Positions 1 through 8,705 of a stretch of 64,000 nt of DNA are shown piece by piece (the first letter of the stretch is position 1; each line of letters opens with the position of its first letter). Location: NCBI GenBank assembly GCA_028866995.1, contig JAGWHD010000001.1, positions 17,030-81,029 on the forward strand, read 5' to 3'. The DNA comes from Candidatus Micrarchaeota archaeon. Its GTDB lineage: Archaea > Micrarchaeota > Micrarchaeia > Micrarchaeales > CABMGC01. The notes below the pieces were generated by a model. It searched no databases and was not told where the DNA came from. It saw nothing but the letters and a program-made list of their open reading frames with translations. The translations under genes were made by a program, and so were the position numbers.

Positions 1-387
1 CTGGTCGGACCTGAAGATTGCATACCCAACGACGAGTATGTCAGCAAGGCAAGGAGATGTTCCAAGGTTGAGGTCACAAGCGACATAAGGAAGGGGCTCA
101 GGAACGCAGATATAGTGTCGACGGACACCTTCGTGAGCATGGGCCAGGAGGAGGATGCCGAGAGCAGAAAGGAGATGTTCATGCCGTACCAGCTGAACGA
201 GCAGGCATTGTCGTACGCGAGGAGGAACGCCAACGTGATGCACTGCCTTCCCGCGCACAGGGGCGAGGAGATAACCGCAGGGGTGATAGACGGCAGGAGG
301 AGCATCGTATGGAGGCAGGCGAAGAACAAGATGCTCATCGAAAAGGCAATAATATTATACTTATCTAATGGAGATAGTAAGAGGTAG
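1..387 (+). CDS. argF: ornithine carbamoyltransferase, C-terminal fragment (5' end lies outside window)
   Basis: Frame 1 is open from base 1 to the stop at 385-387. The translation contains STDTFVSMGQEED and HCLPAHRGEEIT, the HCLP..RG.E carbamoyltransferase C-terminal signature of OTCase type. Confidence 0.8.
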   Translation: MVGPEDCIPNDEYVSKARRCSKVEVTSDIRKGLRNADIVSTDTFVSMGQEEDAESRKEMFMPYQLNEQALSYARRNANVMHCLPAHRGEEITAGVIDGRRSIVWRQAKNKMLIEKAIILYLSNGDSKR

Positions 388-391
388 GCGC

Positions 392-1075
392 ATGGAGATA
401 ATCTGCATATCGCTCGGAGGCAGCATCATATCGACTGAGGAAGGCATAAACATCGACTTCGTCAAGAAGTTCTCGAGGATCCTCAAGAACAACATAAAGA
501 GGTACAAGTTCATAATAGTCGTCGGGGGAGGATATGCGAACAGGCTGTACATAAACTCGACAAGAAGCATAATCAACAACAACGCACTGCTCGATGAGGT
601 CGGCATTGCGTTCACGAGAATCAATGCGCTGATGATGAAGGACCTCTTCAAGGACTTCAGGACATATCCCAACGTCGTGACAGACCTCGAGGAACTAAAA
701 GCAGCGATAAACGAGAATGAGATAGTGCTCATGGGCGGCCTCATACAGGGGATAACTACCGATGCTTCTACAGTACTCGCATGCGAGGTGACGGGCTGCA
801 AGAAGTTGGTGAACGTCAGCAGCGTAGGATACATATATGACAAGAATCCTAGCGAGAAGGGCGCAAAAAGGCTCGACAGGCTGAACTACCAGCAGCTGCT
901 TGAGCTGGCCTTCAAGTACGACAGCAGGGAGGCCAAGGCGCCTTTCGTGTTCGACCTGGTAGGCTGCAAGCTGGCAAGGAGAAGCAGGATAGAGATAAGG
1001 TTCGTGAGCAACGACATGGAAGAGATAGAGAAGGCGATACAGGGCAGGCCGTACAAGGGAAGCATTGTAAAGTAA
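392..1075 (+). CDS. pyrH: archaeal-type uridylate (UMP) kinase, amino-acid-kinase fold
   Basis: MEIICISLGGSII..FIIVVGGGYANRLY..LMGG..GITTDA. Length (~227 aa) and motif order match archaeal PyrH. ATG 392 is preferred over the in-frame upstream start at 368. Confidence 0.65.
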   Translation: MEIICISLGGSIISTEEGINIDFVKKFSRILKNNIKRYKFIIVVGGGYANRLYINSTRSIINNNALLDEVGIAFTRINALMMKDLFKDFRTYPNVVTDLEELKAAINENEIVLMGGLIQGITTDASTVLACEVTGCKKLVNVSSVGYIYDKNPSEKGAKRLDRLNYQQLLELAFKYDSREAKAPFVFDLVGCKLARRSRIEIRFVSNDMEEIEKAIQGRPYKGSIVK

Positions 1076-1082
1076 CTGTTTA

Positions 1083-1958
1083 TCACGTCGTTGGGGCAGT
1101 ATACCTGGATTGCCAGTTGGCGTTCCAGATAACGTTTGTCGCAGTCCCTTGGTTGTTGTTTCCTGAGTAATCATTCGCGTTCCCGTTGAGCGGCCACCAT
1201 CCGACTATATGTCGTATGTCAATCGGCGCGCCGCCGATCCCCTCCTTGTAAAGGGAGTTTACCGTACGGTTATCAAGCGATGTGTTGTATATCTGTACGT
1301 CTGCGATTGAACCGTTATAGTAGCCGAATCCGCCATCCCCTATCTGCGCGACTGTTCCTCCATTAGTATTTATCGTGCACGGGGCAGTATAATTCAGCCT
1401 GTTGCCACCATTCAAGTAAAACGTTACTACGTTTGTGCCGCTATTGAATACTGCGGTGTAGAACTGCCAATTTAGATTGGATCCGTAAGTAGGCCCATTG
1501 ACCTGGCAGGTCTGCAGATGCAGGCCGATCTGGCCACTTGTCGCCCAAGCAAAGACGTACGTTCCTTGCCCTATGTCATTACCGTACGAGAATACGCCAT
1601 TGGCAGTGGTATCGCTTGAACTTGGCTTGAACCAGAAGGTGATCGTCCTCGCATTGTTTCCCGAAGGCATCCCCGTAGCTCCCATGGTGATATAGCTGCT
1701 CGCCCCGTTGAACTGCCCGACGTATTTGGGGATCAGGTTGCTGCACTGGCCTGCAAGGCTTGTCTGCGCTGCTGTCCTTACAACCTGGCAGGATCCTGGA
1801 GCTGCGGTGGGCTGAAGGTTACCCAAATTGAATATTCCAAGAGAGTATAAGGAGACCATGACGATCGCGATCGCGAGGATGGCCCAGCCGTAGGTCATCA
1901 GGTATTCCATCGCCGACTGCAGCATTGTCCTGGGCCTTGAAGTCGCCATGATAGCCAT
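1083..1958 (-). CDS. class III signal peptide (archaeal type IV pilin-like) protein with LamG/ConA-like lectin domain, paralog 1
   Basis: N-terminus is ..LQSAMEYLMTYGWAILAIAIVMVSLYSLGIFN (a charged/QSA motif followed by a hydrophobic helix). The core has the LamG_3-like motifs TITFWFKP, FYLNG and GSIADVQIYNTSLD. The C-terminal tail is GWWPLNGNANDYSGNNNQGT. It lies 43 nt downstream of rps5 on the same strand. Confidence 0.75.
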   Translation of the reverse strand: MAIMATSRPRTMLQSAMEYLMTYGWAILAIAIVMVSLYSLGIFNLGNLQPTAAPGSCQVVRTAAQTSLAGQCSNLIPKYVGQFNGASSYITMGATGMPSGNNARTITFWFKPSSSDTTANGVFSYGNDIGQGTYVFAWATSGQIGLHLQTCQVNGPTYGSNLNWQFYTAVFNSGTNVVTFYLNGGNRLNYTAPCTINTNGGTVAQIGDGGFGYYNGSIADVQIYNTSLDNRTVNSLYKEGIGGAPIDIRHIVGWWPLNGNANDYSGNNNQGTATNVIWNANWQSRYTAPTT

Positions 1959-2001
1959 TTGACTGAAAGGCTCTTAATTTTATCAGTGGCCTTGTTTAGG
2001 A

Positions 2002-2685
2002 TTAGTCCTGCTTGCCCCTTTCCTTGACAGCGAGCGCATCCACGTTCTTTATCTCAGAGAGGCTCTTGAGCGCGTCGTACGTTGCCAGAGCTGCGTTGTA
2101 CTTGTCCCTGGTCCTTCCCCTTGCGAACGTCCAGACGTCCTTGATTCCTGCGAGCTCGAGAACCGCCTTTATCGTTTTTGCCGCGACTATGCCGACTCCT
2201 TTTGGAGCTGGCTTGAGTATGACATTGGATGAGCCGCACTTCGCCTTGAGCGTCATTGGTATTGAATGCCTGGTGCCGCAGTTGCACTCCCATGAGCCGC
2301 AGCCTATGTTTACCGATATTATGTGCTTCTTGGCATCCCTGATCGCCGTCTCTATCGATGGCTTTACCTCGACGTCCTTTCCCACACCTATCCCTACGTG
2401 TCCGTTCTTGTCGCCTATGATGACGGTTGCCCTGTACTTCTGCTTCCTGTTGTTCTTGGTCATCCTCTGCACGCTTGCGATCTCTATGACGTTGTCCTCG
2501 ATGTTGGGTATGAGCGCGTCTACGATCTCCACCTCCTTGATTACCTTGCCGCTCTCGAATATCTGCTCTATGCTCGTTATCTCCTTTGCCTTGACCATCT
2601 CGCCTATCTTCGTCTTCGGCTTCCATTCGTCTATGTTGAACCTTATCTCAGGCTCCCTTCTGTTGTAGTTCCTATTGTAATTCAA
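2002..2685 (-). CDS. rps5: 30S ribosomal protein S5
   Basis: IFESGKVIKEVEIVDALIP..VQRMTKNNRKQKYRATVIIGDKNGHVGIGVGK..; position after L18 in the conserved operon. Confidence 0.9.
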   Translation of the reverse strand: MNYNRNYNRREPEIRFNIDEWKPKTKIGEMVKAKEITSIEQIFESGKVIKEVEIVDALIPNIEDNVIEIASVQRMTKNNRKQKYRATVIIGDKNGHVGIGVGKDVEVKPSIETAIRDAKKHIISVNIGCGSWECNCGTRHSIPMTLKAKCGSSNVILKPAPKGVGIVAAKTIKAVLELAGIKDVWTFARGRTRDKYNAALATYDALKSLSEIKNVDALAVKERGKQD

Positions 2686-2689
2686 TCAA

Positions 2690-3259
2690 TCACTTAATCT
2701 TGGCCTTTACCTCTGTGAAGAGCTTGTGCATCTGCTCCGGCTCTATCTTCTTCTCCAGCAACCCTGAGAACTGCCTCTTGTAAGCCTCTGCGTCCTTGCC
2801 CTTCAGCTCCTGCACGTACTTTGTGTTCGAGTAGTCATATATATTGCTATCCATCTCGAAGGTGCCCCTTACCTTCACTCCTGCGTCTACGCATCCCTTC
2901 GCGAAGACGAACGGTATCGAGTTCTTGACAGGAGAGGTTATCCCTATGTCGAGTATGTACTCCTTGGACGGTCCCTGCTCCTTCAGCTTCTTCGCGAGCA
3001 GCATGCCCGTTAGGTATGCGGTGCCCCTGTTGGAATTGGATGGCCAGCTGAACTTCCTGAGCTCGTTGGAATCTGCGAACGCTATCGTCTGGTCCCCTTT
3101 CTCGGTGTACCTGACAGCATGCGCTATTATCCTCTTGTTGGTCTTCCTGACCACTATCCTGTCTATTCCGGACTTGACCAGCCTGAACCTCTTCTTGTAG
3201 TCCGTGAGGGCCTCCCTCCTTCTCCTGAATTTCATTGCCTTGATGTTCATGAGCATCAC
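2690..3259 (-). CDS. rpl18: 50S ribosomal protein L18
   Basis: FRRRREALTDYKKRFRLVKSG..RIVVRKTNKRIIAH; operon position between L19e and S5. The exact start among several N-terminal Met codons is uncertain. Confidence 0.9.
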   Translation of the reverse strand: MMLMNIKAMKFRRRREALTDYKKRFRLVKSGIDRIVVRKTNKRIIAHAVRYTEKGDQTIAFADSNELRKFSWPSNSNRGTAYLTGMLLAKKLKEQGPSKEYILDIGITSPVKNSIPFVFAKGCVDAGVKVRGTFEMDSNIYDYSNTKYVQELKGKDAEAYKRQFSGLLEKKIEPEQMHKLFTEVKAKIK

Positions 3260-3747
3260 TGGTACTGCTTCCTTACCTCATCGTTTATCTGCTTGATGTC
3301 GTCATCGGTTATCTTCGCGCCTTCCTCCTTCAGGTGCGACACGAGGGTGGACTTCGTCGCGTACATGTTCCCCTTTATCAGCTTGTAGAACCTCGTGAAT
3401 GTCATATTGTCTATCTTGCCTTTCTGCTTGAGTATCGACAGGAGCCTTCTCTGGCTCCTTACCTTCTTCTCCCAGGTCCTGCCCTGCCTTGCCTTCCTGG
3501 TCCCTCTCCTCCTTCCTGGGCCTCTCCTTCTTCCCTCGGACCTCGCCTCGTTCAGCCTCTTGGCCTTGTCAGTCCTGTTGTGCTTCTCCTTGACAGCGGA
3601 TATCGCGCCGCTGGAGATGAGCCTCCTTATGTCCTCCTTCGTCAGCGCCTTCTCGACATCGGAGTACGAGTTGGGGTTTATCCTTATCGCGGTCTCGCCC
3701 CTTCCCAGTATCTGCGCGGCAGCCCTTTTAGCGAATCTTATCGACAT
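3256..3747 (-). CDS. rpl19e: 50S ribosomal protein L19e
   Basis: RFAKRAAAQILGRGETAIRINP..GRRRGPGRRRGTRKAR; 4-nt overlap with rpl18. Confidence 0.9.
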   Translation of the reverse strand: MSIRFAKRAAAQILGRGETAIRINPNSYSDVEKALTKEDIRRLISSGAISAVKEKHNRTDKAKRLNEARSEGRRRGPGRRRGTRKARQGRTWEKKVRSQRRLLSILKQKGKIDNMTFTRFYKLIKGNMYATKSTLVSHLKEEGAKITDDDIKQINDEVRKQYQ

Positions 3748-3748
3748 G

Positions 3749-4111
3749 TCATCTCAACCTGTTGGTTATCCTTATGCTGTGCTGGTCCGCGGCCTTCTGC
3801 AGCTCCTTCCTCTTCCTCGACGAGAGGCCGTGGAAGAATACAGCCGAATAGTCGCTCTTTCCCTTTAGCATCATCAGCTCGTTCATGTTGTGCACGAGCA
3901 TCTCCATCGTTCCGTCCTTCCTGGCGTTCCTTATGGAATCGCTGTTCTTGTATCCTATGTTGGGCGTGTTGCCGTGGCCGTACGCCTTCACCCTGAGCTT
4001 GTTGTCTGTTCCCCTCTGCTTCCTCCACCTGTCCTTGACCCTAGACCTGCCCTTTGCACCGAAGTTCGGCACAGCGAATGTTGGATGCTTCTTCTTGATT
4101 GCCATTTTCAT
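3749..4111 (-). CDS. rpl32e: 50S ribosomal protein L32e
   Basis: MKMAIKKKHPTFAVPNFGAKGRSRVKDRWRKQRGTDNKLRVK. The internal ATG at 4111 is chosen because the long ORF (to 4174) would overlap rpl6 by 67 nt; this start abuts the rpl6 stop. Confidence 0.85.
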   Translation of the reverse strand: MKMAIKKKHPTFAVPNFGAKGRSRVKDRWRKQRGTDNKLRVKAYGHGNTPNIGYKNSDSIRNARKDGTMEMLVHNMNELMMLKGKSDYSAVFFHGLSSRKRKELQKAADQHSIRITNRLR

Positions 4112-4632
4112 TCCTCCCTGCTTATGTATATCCCGTCCTGGAATACCCTCGTGTCGTATCCCCTGGCCTTGCACGCCTTCCTTATGTTGGCTATCGTCTG
4201 CCCGACGTCGTACCTGTCGACGCCCTTGACCTTGACGTCCTGCCCCTTTATCTCGATCTTCGTGTCCCCCACTATGTCCGCGGTTCTGGGAACCTTCTCT
4301 CCGAAGACGTTCTTGAGGTGCAGCGACCTGCCCTTGAGCTCCAATGACATCGGGAAGTGCGCGTAGAGCACCTTCATGTTGGTCTCTATGCCCTCGTTGA
4401 CGTTCTTGATGGCGTCCCTTACCTCGTTGGATGTCGCCGTTGCCGCGAGCTCGGCCTTCTTCACCAGCTTCTTGTTCTTGGTCCAGCCTATTGTTATCTT
4501 GCTGCCCTCCTGCTTGTAGGTGTTCAGCTTCACGTTGAACTTCTTCCTTGTGGAGCCCAGCTTTCCCTTTATCGCTATCTCGCCTTCGTTGAATTGCACC
4601 GTGGTGCCGCTGGGTATCTCGATCTCGTACAT
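4108..4632 (-). CDS. rpl6: 50S ribosomal protein L6
   Basis: MYEIEIPSGTTVQFNEGEIAIKGKLG..; two-domain L6 pattern; operon position. Confidence 0.9.
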   Translation of the reverse strand: MYEIEIPSGTTVQFNEGEIAIKGKLGSTRKKFNVKLNTYKQEGSKITIGWTKNKKLVKKAELAATATSNEVRDAIKNVNEGIETNMKVLYAHFPMSLELKGRSLHLKNVFGEKVPRTADIVGDTKIEIKGQDVKVKGVDRYDVGQTIANIRKACKARGYDTRVFQDGIYISREE

Positions 4633-4637
4633 CTAAA

Positions 4638-5021
4638 TCAGTAAATATATGCTATGAGCCTTCCTCCTAGCTTGTTCTCCCTTGCTTCCTTGTTGGTCAT
4701 TATGCCCTTGCTTGTCGATACTATCAGCATGCCGAAGTGAATGCTTGGTATGTACCTCATCTCGTACTTCTGTATGTCGTCCTTGGTCACAGCATACCTG
4801 GGCTTTATGACGCCTATGTCGTTTATCTTCTTGGAGAGCATTATCTTTATGCTCTTGAACTTGCCGTTCTGCACCTCCTCGAAGTCCTTGATGTAGCTGT
4901 TCTCCTTCATCTTGGATAGCACAGCGGTGAGCAGCTTGGTCGAGGGCACCATGCACTCGTACATGCCCCTGTCCTCGTACACCTTTATCTTGTTCACAGC
5001 GTCAGCGAATACGTCCACCAT
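4638..5021 (-). CDS. rps8: 30S ribosomal protein S8
   Basis: DVFADAVNKIKVYE..IVSTSKGIMTNKEARENKLGGRLIAYIY (S8 C-terminal signature). Confidence 0.9.
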   Translation of the reverse strand: MVDVFADAVNKIKVYEDRGMYECMVPSTKLLTAVLSKMKENSYIKDFEEVQNGKFKSIKIMLSKKINDIGVIKPRYAVTKDDIQKYEMRYIPSIHFGMLIVSTSKGIMTNKEARENKLGGRLIAYIY

Positions 5022-5025
5022 AATA

Positions 5026-5184
5026 TCACTGGTATTTCTCGAAGCCTATCTCAGGGCCGACCTCCCTGAAGCATCTCCTGCAGATATAGAGGCCGTACGA
5101 CCTTATCAGCCCCCTTGCGGTGCCGCAGATCTTGCACTTCCTCATGCCCCTTCCTTTCCTCCTCATGTCGTATCTCATCTTCAT
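5026..5184 (-). CDS. rps14: 30S ribosomal protein S14 (zinc-binding type Z)
   Basis: Not in the supplied ORF track because it is under 60 aa. Hand translation of the minus strand gives MKMRYDMRRKGRGMRKCKICGTARGLIRSYGLYICRRCFREVGPEIGFEKYQ (52 aa) with a CxxC..CxxC zinc ribbon. It fills the S8-L5 gap exactly where S14 is expected. Confidence 0.85.
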   Translation of the reverse strand: MKMRYDMRRKGRGMRKCKICGTARGLIRSYGLYICRRCFREVGPEIGFEKYQ

Positions 5185-5188
5185 TTGA

Positions 5189-5722
5189 TCATTCCTCTGC
5201 CTTCTCTCCCGTGCTCACCTTGAAGTTCTGCTTGAGGTAGTCCATTATCGAGGCGCTCTCTATGACCCTGTGCGATGCTGACACCTTCGACCTCTTCCTT
5301 TTCCTTATCTCGACCCTCTTGCCCTTCCTCCTGAACGAGGCGTTGACATTCAGGCCGAGCATGCCTATCCTCGGGTCGTACTTGACCCCAGGGAAGTAGA
5401 TGTATTCCTTGACCCCGAAGCTGAATGAGTTGCCTGCTATGCCCCTCTCGTTTATTATGCTGTCGTTGGCCTCGAGCGCCCTCTTAAGCATGTCCCTCGC
5501 GTCGTCGTTCCTCAGTGTCACGAACGCGCCTATCACCTGGCCCTTCCTGAGCTTGAGCTCCGGCTGCCTGGTCCTGGACCTGGCCGCGATCGGCTTGTGC
5601 CCGGTAAGCTTCTCCAGCAGCAGCTTCGCGTTCTGGAACTGGTTCTCGTTGTCTCCGATACCTATGTTGACGACGACCTTGTCCAGGTATATGCTCTGCA
5701 TCGGGTTTCCTGCCATCTTCAT
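5189..5722 (-). CDS. rpl5: 50S ribosomal protein L5
   Basis: NPMQSIYLDKVVVNIGIG..FSFGVKEYIYFPGVKYDP; operon position. Confidence 0.9.
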   Translation of the reverse strand: MKMAGNPMQSIYLDKVVVNIGIGDNENQFQNAKLLLEKLTGHKPIAARSRTRQPELKLRKGQVIGAFVTLRNDDARDMLKRALEANDSIINERGIAGNSFSFGVKEYIYFPGVKYDPRIGMLGLNVNASFRRKGKRVEIRKRKRSKVSASHRVIESASIMDYLKQNFKVSTGEKAEE

Positions 5723-6399
5723 CTTCCAATTACCATTACATTGTCGAGCAGCGTCTCTGTGCTGCCCTGCTTGCCTTCTATCTCGACCGTTGTCGGCCTT
5801 GTGGCCGTTCCCTTCTTTATGCTCTTTATCCTTCCTTCCTCTGAGGCGTGCACGCCCCTGATAACGAGGCAGCTCGCGCCCTCCTGCAGCTTCATGACCT
5901 TGTCTATCGAGCCGTTCTTGAGCGTTACTGAATCGTTGACCTTGACCTCCTTGCCCGCCTTCAGGACGCTGCCGTTGTGAAGCCTGACCATTGTCTCCTT
6001 GCCCTTTGCGAGGTACTTGCCTATGACCTTGAATGCCTGCTCCTCCTTGCCCGAATGCTTCTTAAGCTCTACAGCGCCCTTGTTGCCCACCGACACCACG
6101 AAGCTCTCCTTAGCAGGCTTGACGTGTATTATGTCGCCGAAGCCTACAGGATACCTTGGGTCCTTCACCACCTTGCCGTTGACCTCTATGGACCCGCCCT
6201 TGAGCGCCTTGCTCGCCTCGAAGGAGTTCTTGGCGAGCGCGAGCTTCTCCTTGAGCACTGTCGTTATCGATATGCTTGACAAGCCTGTGTGCCTGCCTGC
6301 ATTGGGCTTGGCTACGTACTTCCTGACCTTCCTCTCTATGTGCAGGTACCTGTTCGATGCTATTCTCTTCACGTGCCTGTTGTTGCCCTTTGACGCCAT
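5719..6399 (-). CDS. rps4e: 30S ribosomal protein S4e
   Basis: GNNRHVKRIASNRYLHIERKVRKYVAKPNAGRH (S4e N-terminal signature), followed by S4/KOW-like regions. Confidence 0.9.
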   Translation of the reverse strand: MASKGNNRHVKRIASNRYLHIERKVRKYVAKPNAGRHTGLSSISITTVLKEKLALAKNSFEASKALKGGSIEVNGKVVKDPRYPVGFGDIIHVKPAKESFVVSVGNKGAVELKKHSGKEEQAFKVIGKYLAKGKETMVRLHNGSVLKAGKEVKVNDSVTLKNGSIDKVMKLQEGASCLVIRGVHASEEGRIKSIKKGTATRPTTVEIEGKQGSTETLLDNVMVIGR

Positions 6400-6403
6400 A
6401 ATA

Positions 6404-6784
6404 TCACTTCTTCTTGAACGATTCCATCTTCGCCTGCCTCTGCTTGTCCGTCATGTCCATATCCGTTATGTATACGTTCGAGGCGTTGATCGGTATCGGC
6501 AGCTCCTTGCCCTTCGCGTTCTTCCTGATTATGCCGTCTATGCTGACTGTTCCCTTGAGCAGGTTGACATCGCTTACCTTTCCAGTCTTGCCCTTGTTGT
6601 CTCCGGCCATTACCTTGACGGTGTCTCCTTTCCTGACCTGCACGCTCCTCTTCCTTATGCCGAGCTTCGTCGCGAGCTCCTTGGAGATGTGCGCGCTAGC
6701 GAATCCCTGCCTCTCGTGCATCGGCGCGGTGAACCTGAACTTCCTCTGCTTCCTCTTCTGCGCGCTTTCTATCATGAGCATCAC
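6404..6784 (-). CDS. rpl24: 50S ribosomal protein L24
   Basis: KOW motif VRKGDTVKVMAGDNKGKTGKV; operon position. Confidence 0.9.
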   Translation of the reverse strand: MMLMIESAQKRKQRKFRFTAPMHERQGFASAHISKELATKLGIRKRSVQVRKGDTVKVMAGDNKGKTGKVSDVNLLKGTVSIDGIIRKNAKGKELPIPINASNVYITDMDMTDKQRQAKMESFKKK

Positions 6785-7182
6785 ACTATCCTCGAGGCCA
6801 CTCCCGCGACCTTGACGAACCTCTCAACTACCTCTCTTGCCATCGCGCCCTTGACCTCGGTTCCTATCGGCAGGTTCTCGTCGGTGACCATTATGCCTGC
6901 ATTGTCCTCGAACTTCACGCGCATGCCGTTGGCCCTCCTTATGTAGGCCTTCTGCCTTATGACTATGACCCTTACGGGCTTCTTGAGATACGTGGCCGTT
7001 CCCTTCCTTACAGAGCATGAGACTATGTCGCCCACCCCGGCGGCCGTCTGCTTGCCGTGCCTCCCTCCAGTCTTGCCTATTATGTGTATCATCCTGAATT
7101 CGTAGGCGCCCGAGTTGTCCGCGCACGGTATGACCGCTCCCGGGACGAGCGTCTTCATTATAACTGACGAAATGCCCTTCAT
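6781..7182 (-). CDS. rpl14: 50S ribosomal protein L14
   Basis: VIPCADNSGAYEFRMIHIIG..GDIVSCSVRKG..AMAREVVERF. The internal ATG at 7182 is chosen; the long ORF start at 7203 would overlap rps17. Confidence 0.88.
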   Translation of the reverse strand: MKGISSVIMKTLVPGAVIPCADNSGAYEFRMIHIIGKTGGRHGKQTAAGVGDIVSCSVRKGTATYLKKPVRVIVIRQKAYIRRANGMRVKFEDNAGIMVTDENLPIGTEVKGAMAREVVERFVKVAGVASRIV

Positions 7183-7186
7183 GATA

Positions 7187-7471
7187 TCACTTTGCCATTC
7201 CAATTACAGCGAAGGACTTGGTCTTGCTCAGCCTCCTTGTCTCGCCTATCGTGACCGTGTCCCCTGTCTTGGCATTTATGCATTCAGGATTATGCGCAGG
7301 TATCCTTGACCTCTTTCTCAGGTATCGCTCGTACTTGTATATGTACTTGGTGTAGTCCACCTTGACTATGACGGTACGCTTGGCCTTGTCGCTGACAACG
7401 ATGCCGTCGAACTGCATCCCTCTCGTCTTCACGTGCCCGTGGATAGGGCACTTAGAATCCTTGCACTCCAT
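7187..7471 (-). CDS. rps17: 30S ribosomal protein S17
   Basis: CPIHGHVKTRGMQFDGIVVSDKAKRTVIVKVDY..HNPECINAKTGDTVTIGETRRLSKTKSF. Confidence 0.9.
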   Translation of the reverse strand: MECKDSKCPIHGHVKTRGMQFDGIVVSDKAKRTVIVKVDYTKYIYKYERYLRKRSRIPAHNPECINAKTGDTVTIGETRRLSKTKSFAVIGMAK

Positions 7472-7476
7472 GCCAA

Positions 7477-7770
7477 TTATTCCTCTCTTCTCTTGTAGTA
7501 CTTCAGCGCCTTCTCTATTCTCTCATGTGGCCTGAAACTTATCTCTTCACCATTTACAATAAAGGACCTTCCGGAAGCGTAGAATTTGAACACGGAGATC
7601 TTCTTGATCACCCGTTTCCTTTCCGCTCCTTTTCTTACTTCCAGGGTATTCTTGGTCTCGTCGACCACGATCCCGGACAGTCCTCTTTGCTTCTTATCCA
7701 GCGACCTGATGACGCGCACCTTGAGCCCTATGAGCTCATGCAGCACGATGTTCCTGTTATTGACCTCCAT
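7477..7770 (-). CDS. rnp1: ribonuclease P protein component 1 (Rpp29/Pop4 family)
   Basis: LHELIGLKVRVIRSLDKKQRGLSGIVVDETKNTLEVR (Sm-like Rpp29 core); canonical position upstream of S17 in archaeal r-protein operons. Confidence 0.8.
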   Translation of the reverse strand: MEVNNRNIVLHELIGLKVRVIRSLDKKQRGLSGIVVDETKNTLEVRKGAERKRVIKKISVFKFYASGRSFIVNGEEISFRPHERIEKALKYYKRREE

Positions 7771-7792
7771 CAGTTAGACTGGATAGTTAAGA

Positions 7793-7818
7793 TTTTTATA
7801 CGTGAGCAAGTATTTAAA
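7793..7818 (-). promoter_or_regulatory. candidate promoter of the rnp1-rps5 operon (two TATA-like boxes)
   Basis: On the minus strand, TTTAAATA (7811-7818) and TATAAAAA (7793-7800) lie 40 and 22 nt upstream of the rnp1 ATG. The TTTAAATA/TTTATATA box recurs upstream of other genes and tRNAs in this window. Confidence 0.35.
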
Positions 7819-7820
7819 GC

Positions 7821-8705
7821 TTACCTAGGCGTTTTCCTTTGCTGCTTCGCCTGCTTGGGCTGCTCCTTTTGCGATGACATCTGCGCGTATATCAGCGCAA
7901 ACAGTATCACCAGCCATGCCCCGAGCACCTGCGCTATGAAGCCCGTGACCATGCCTATCGGCGAGTTCGCCGCTCTGGTCGCGACGCTTGTAAGCGACTG
8001 GGACTGCGCTGCTGTGTGCGTCGCATTCGTGAACGCGCTTATGTATGCAGGTGCTATCTGCGCGTACACGGGTATCTGTATTATCGACGACACTATGAAG
8101 TACGCTATGGCAAGAAGCAGGTAAGCGCCGAAGATCGGCCACCAGTTGCCCTTGATCGCGCTCCAGCTGCTGCGCAGCGAGTCGATAGCCCCTCTCTTGC
8201 CTATGACGGCATAAGGGAACGCGAGGCTCAGCATTATGCCTGCGTATGCTACGTACGCTATGTAAGGTATCATGAGCAGGAACAGGACCGGAGAGATGAC
8301 CGTAAGTAGTATTATTACTATGTATGGCACGAATAGCGCCAGGCCGATGACGATCCCTGCGAGGATGCCTGATGGATACCTGTTTATCGCTGCGTTGAAA
8401 GCCTCGTTGATACCCATATTCTTCCCGTAGAAGGACTTGGTGAGTATCGCGAACGTGAAGAACGCCTGTACCAGGAGCGTTACAAGGACCAGTACGACCA
8501 GCTGGGCTATTCCCGATGCTATAAGTCTCGCATCGGGACTTGGCGCGGCAAGCGAGCCTGTTATGTTGGATATGGGGCCGCTGCTGTAGAGCATGGATAT
8601 CGCGATCAGGACTATAGACTCTATTATCGCTATGGCGAGCAGGCCCCTGTCGGTGAAGAGCCTTGTTATTGATTCCTTTACCGTCTCGACTACGTTTATT
8701 CCCAT
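7821..8705 (-). CDS. polytopic membrane protein, unknown function
   Basis: 294 aa with about 7 hydrophobic segments and a K/Q-rich C-terminal tail. The hydrophobic frame is chosen over the overlapping R/H-rich frame 7825-8709. Confidence 0.6.
   Translation of the reverse strand: MGINVVETVKESITRLFTDRGLLAIAIIESIVLIAISMLYSSGPISNITGSLAAPSPDARLIASGIAQLVVLVLVTLLVQAFFTFAILTKSFYGKNMGINEAFNAAINRYPSGILAGIVIGLALFVPYIVIILLTVISPVLFLLMIPYIAYVAYAGIMLSLAFPYAVIGKRGAIDSLRSSWSAIKGNWWPIFGAYLLLAIAYFIVSSIIQIPVYAQIAPAYISAFTNATHTAAQSQSLTSVATRAANSPIGMVTGFIAQVLGAWLVILFALIYAQMSSQKEQPKQAKQQRKTPR

Noticed and set aside
2054-2626. 190-aa R/E/D/Q/G-rich ORF inside rps5, in another frame on the same strand.
   Set aside because: It is a low-complexity frame-shifted shadow of a well-supported ribosomal protein gene.
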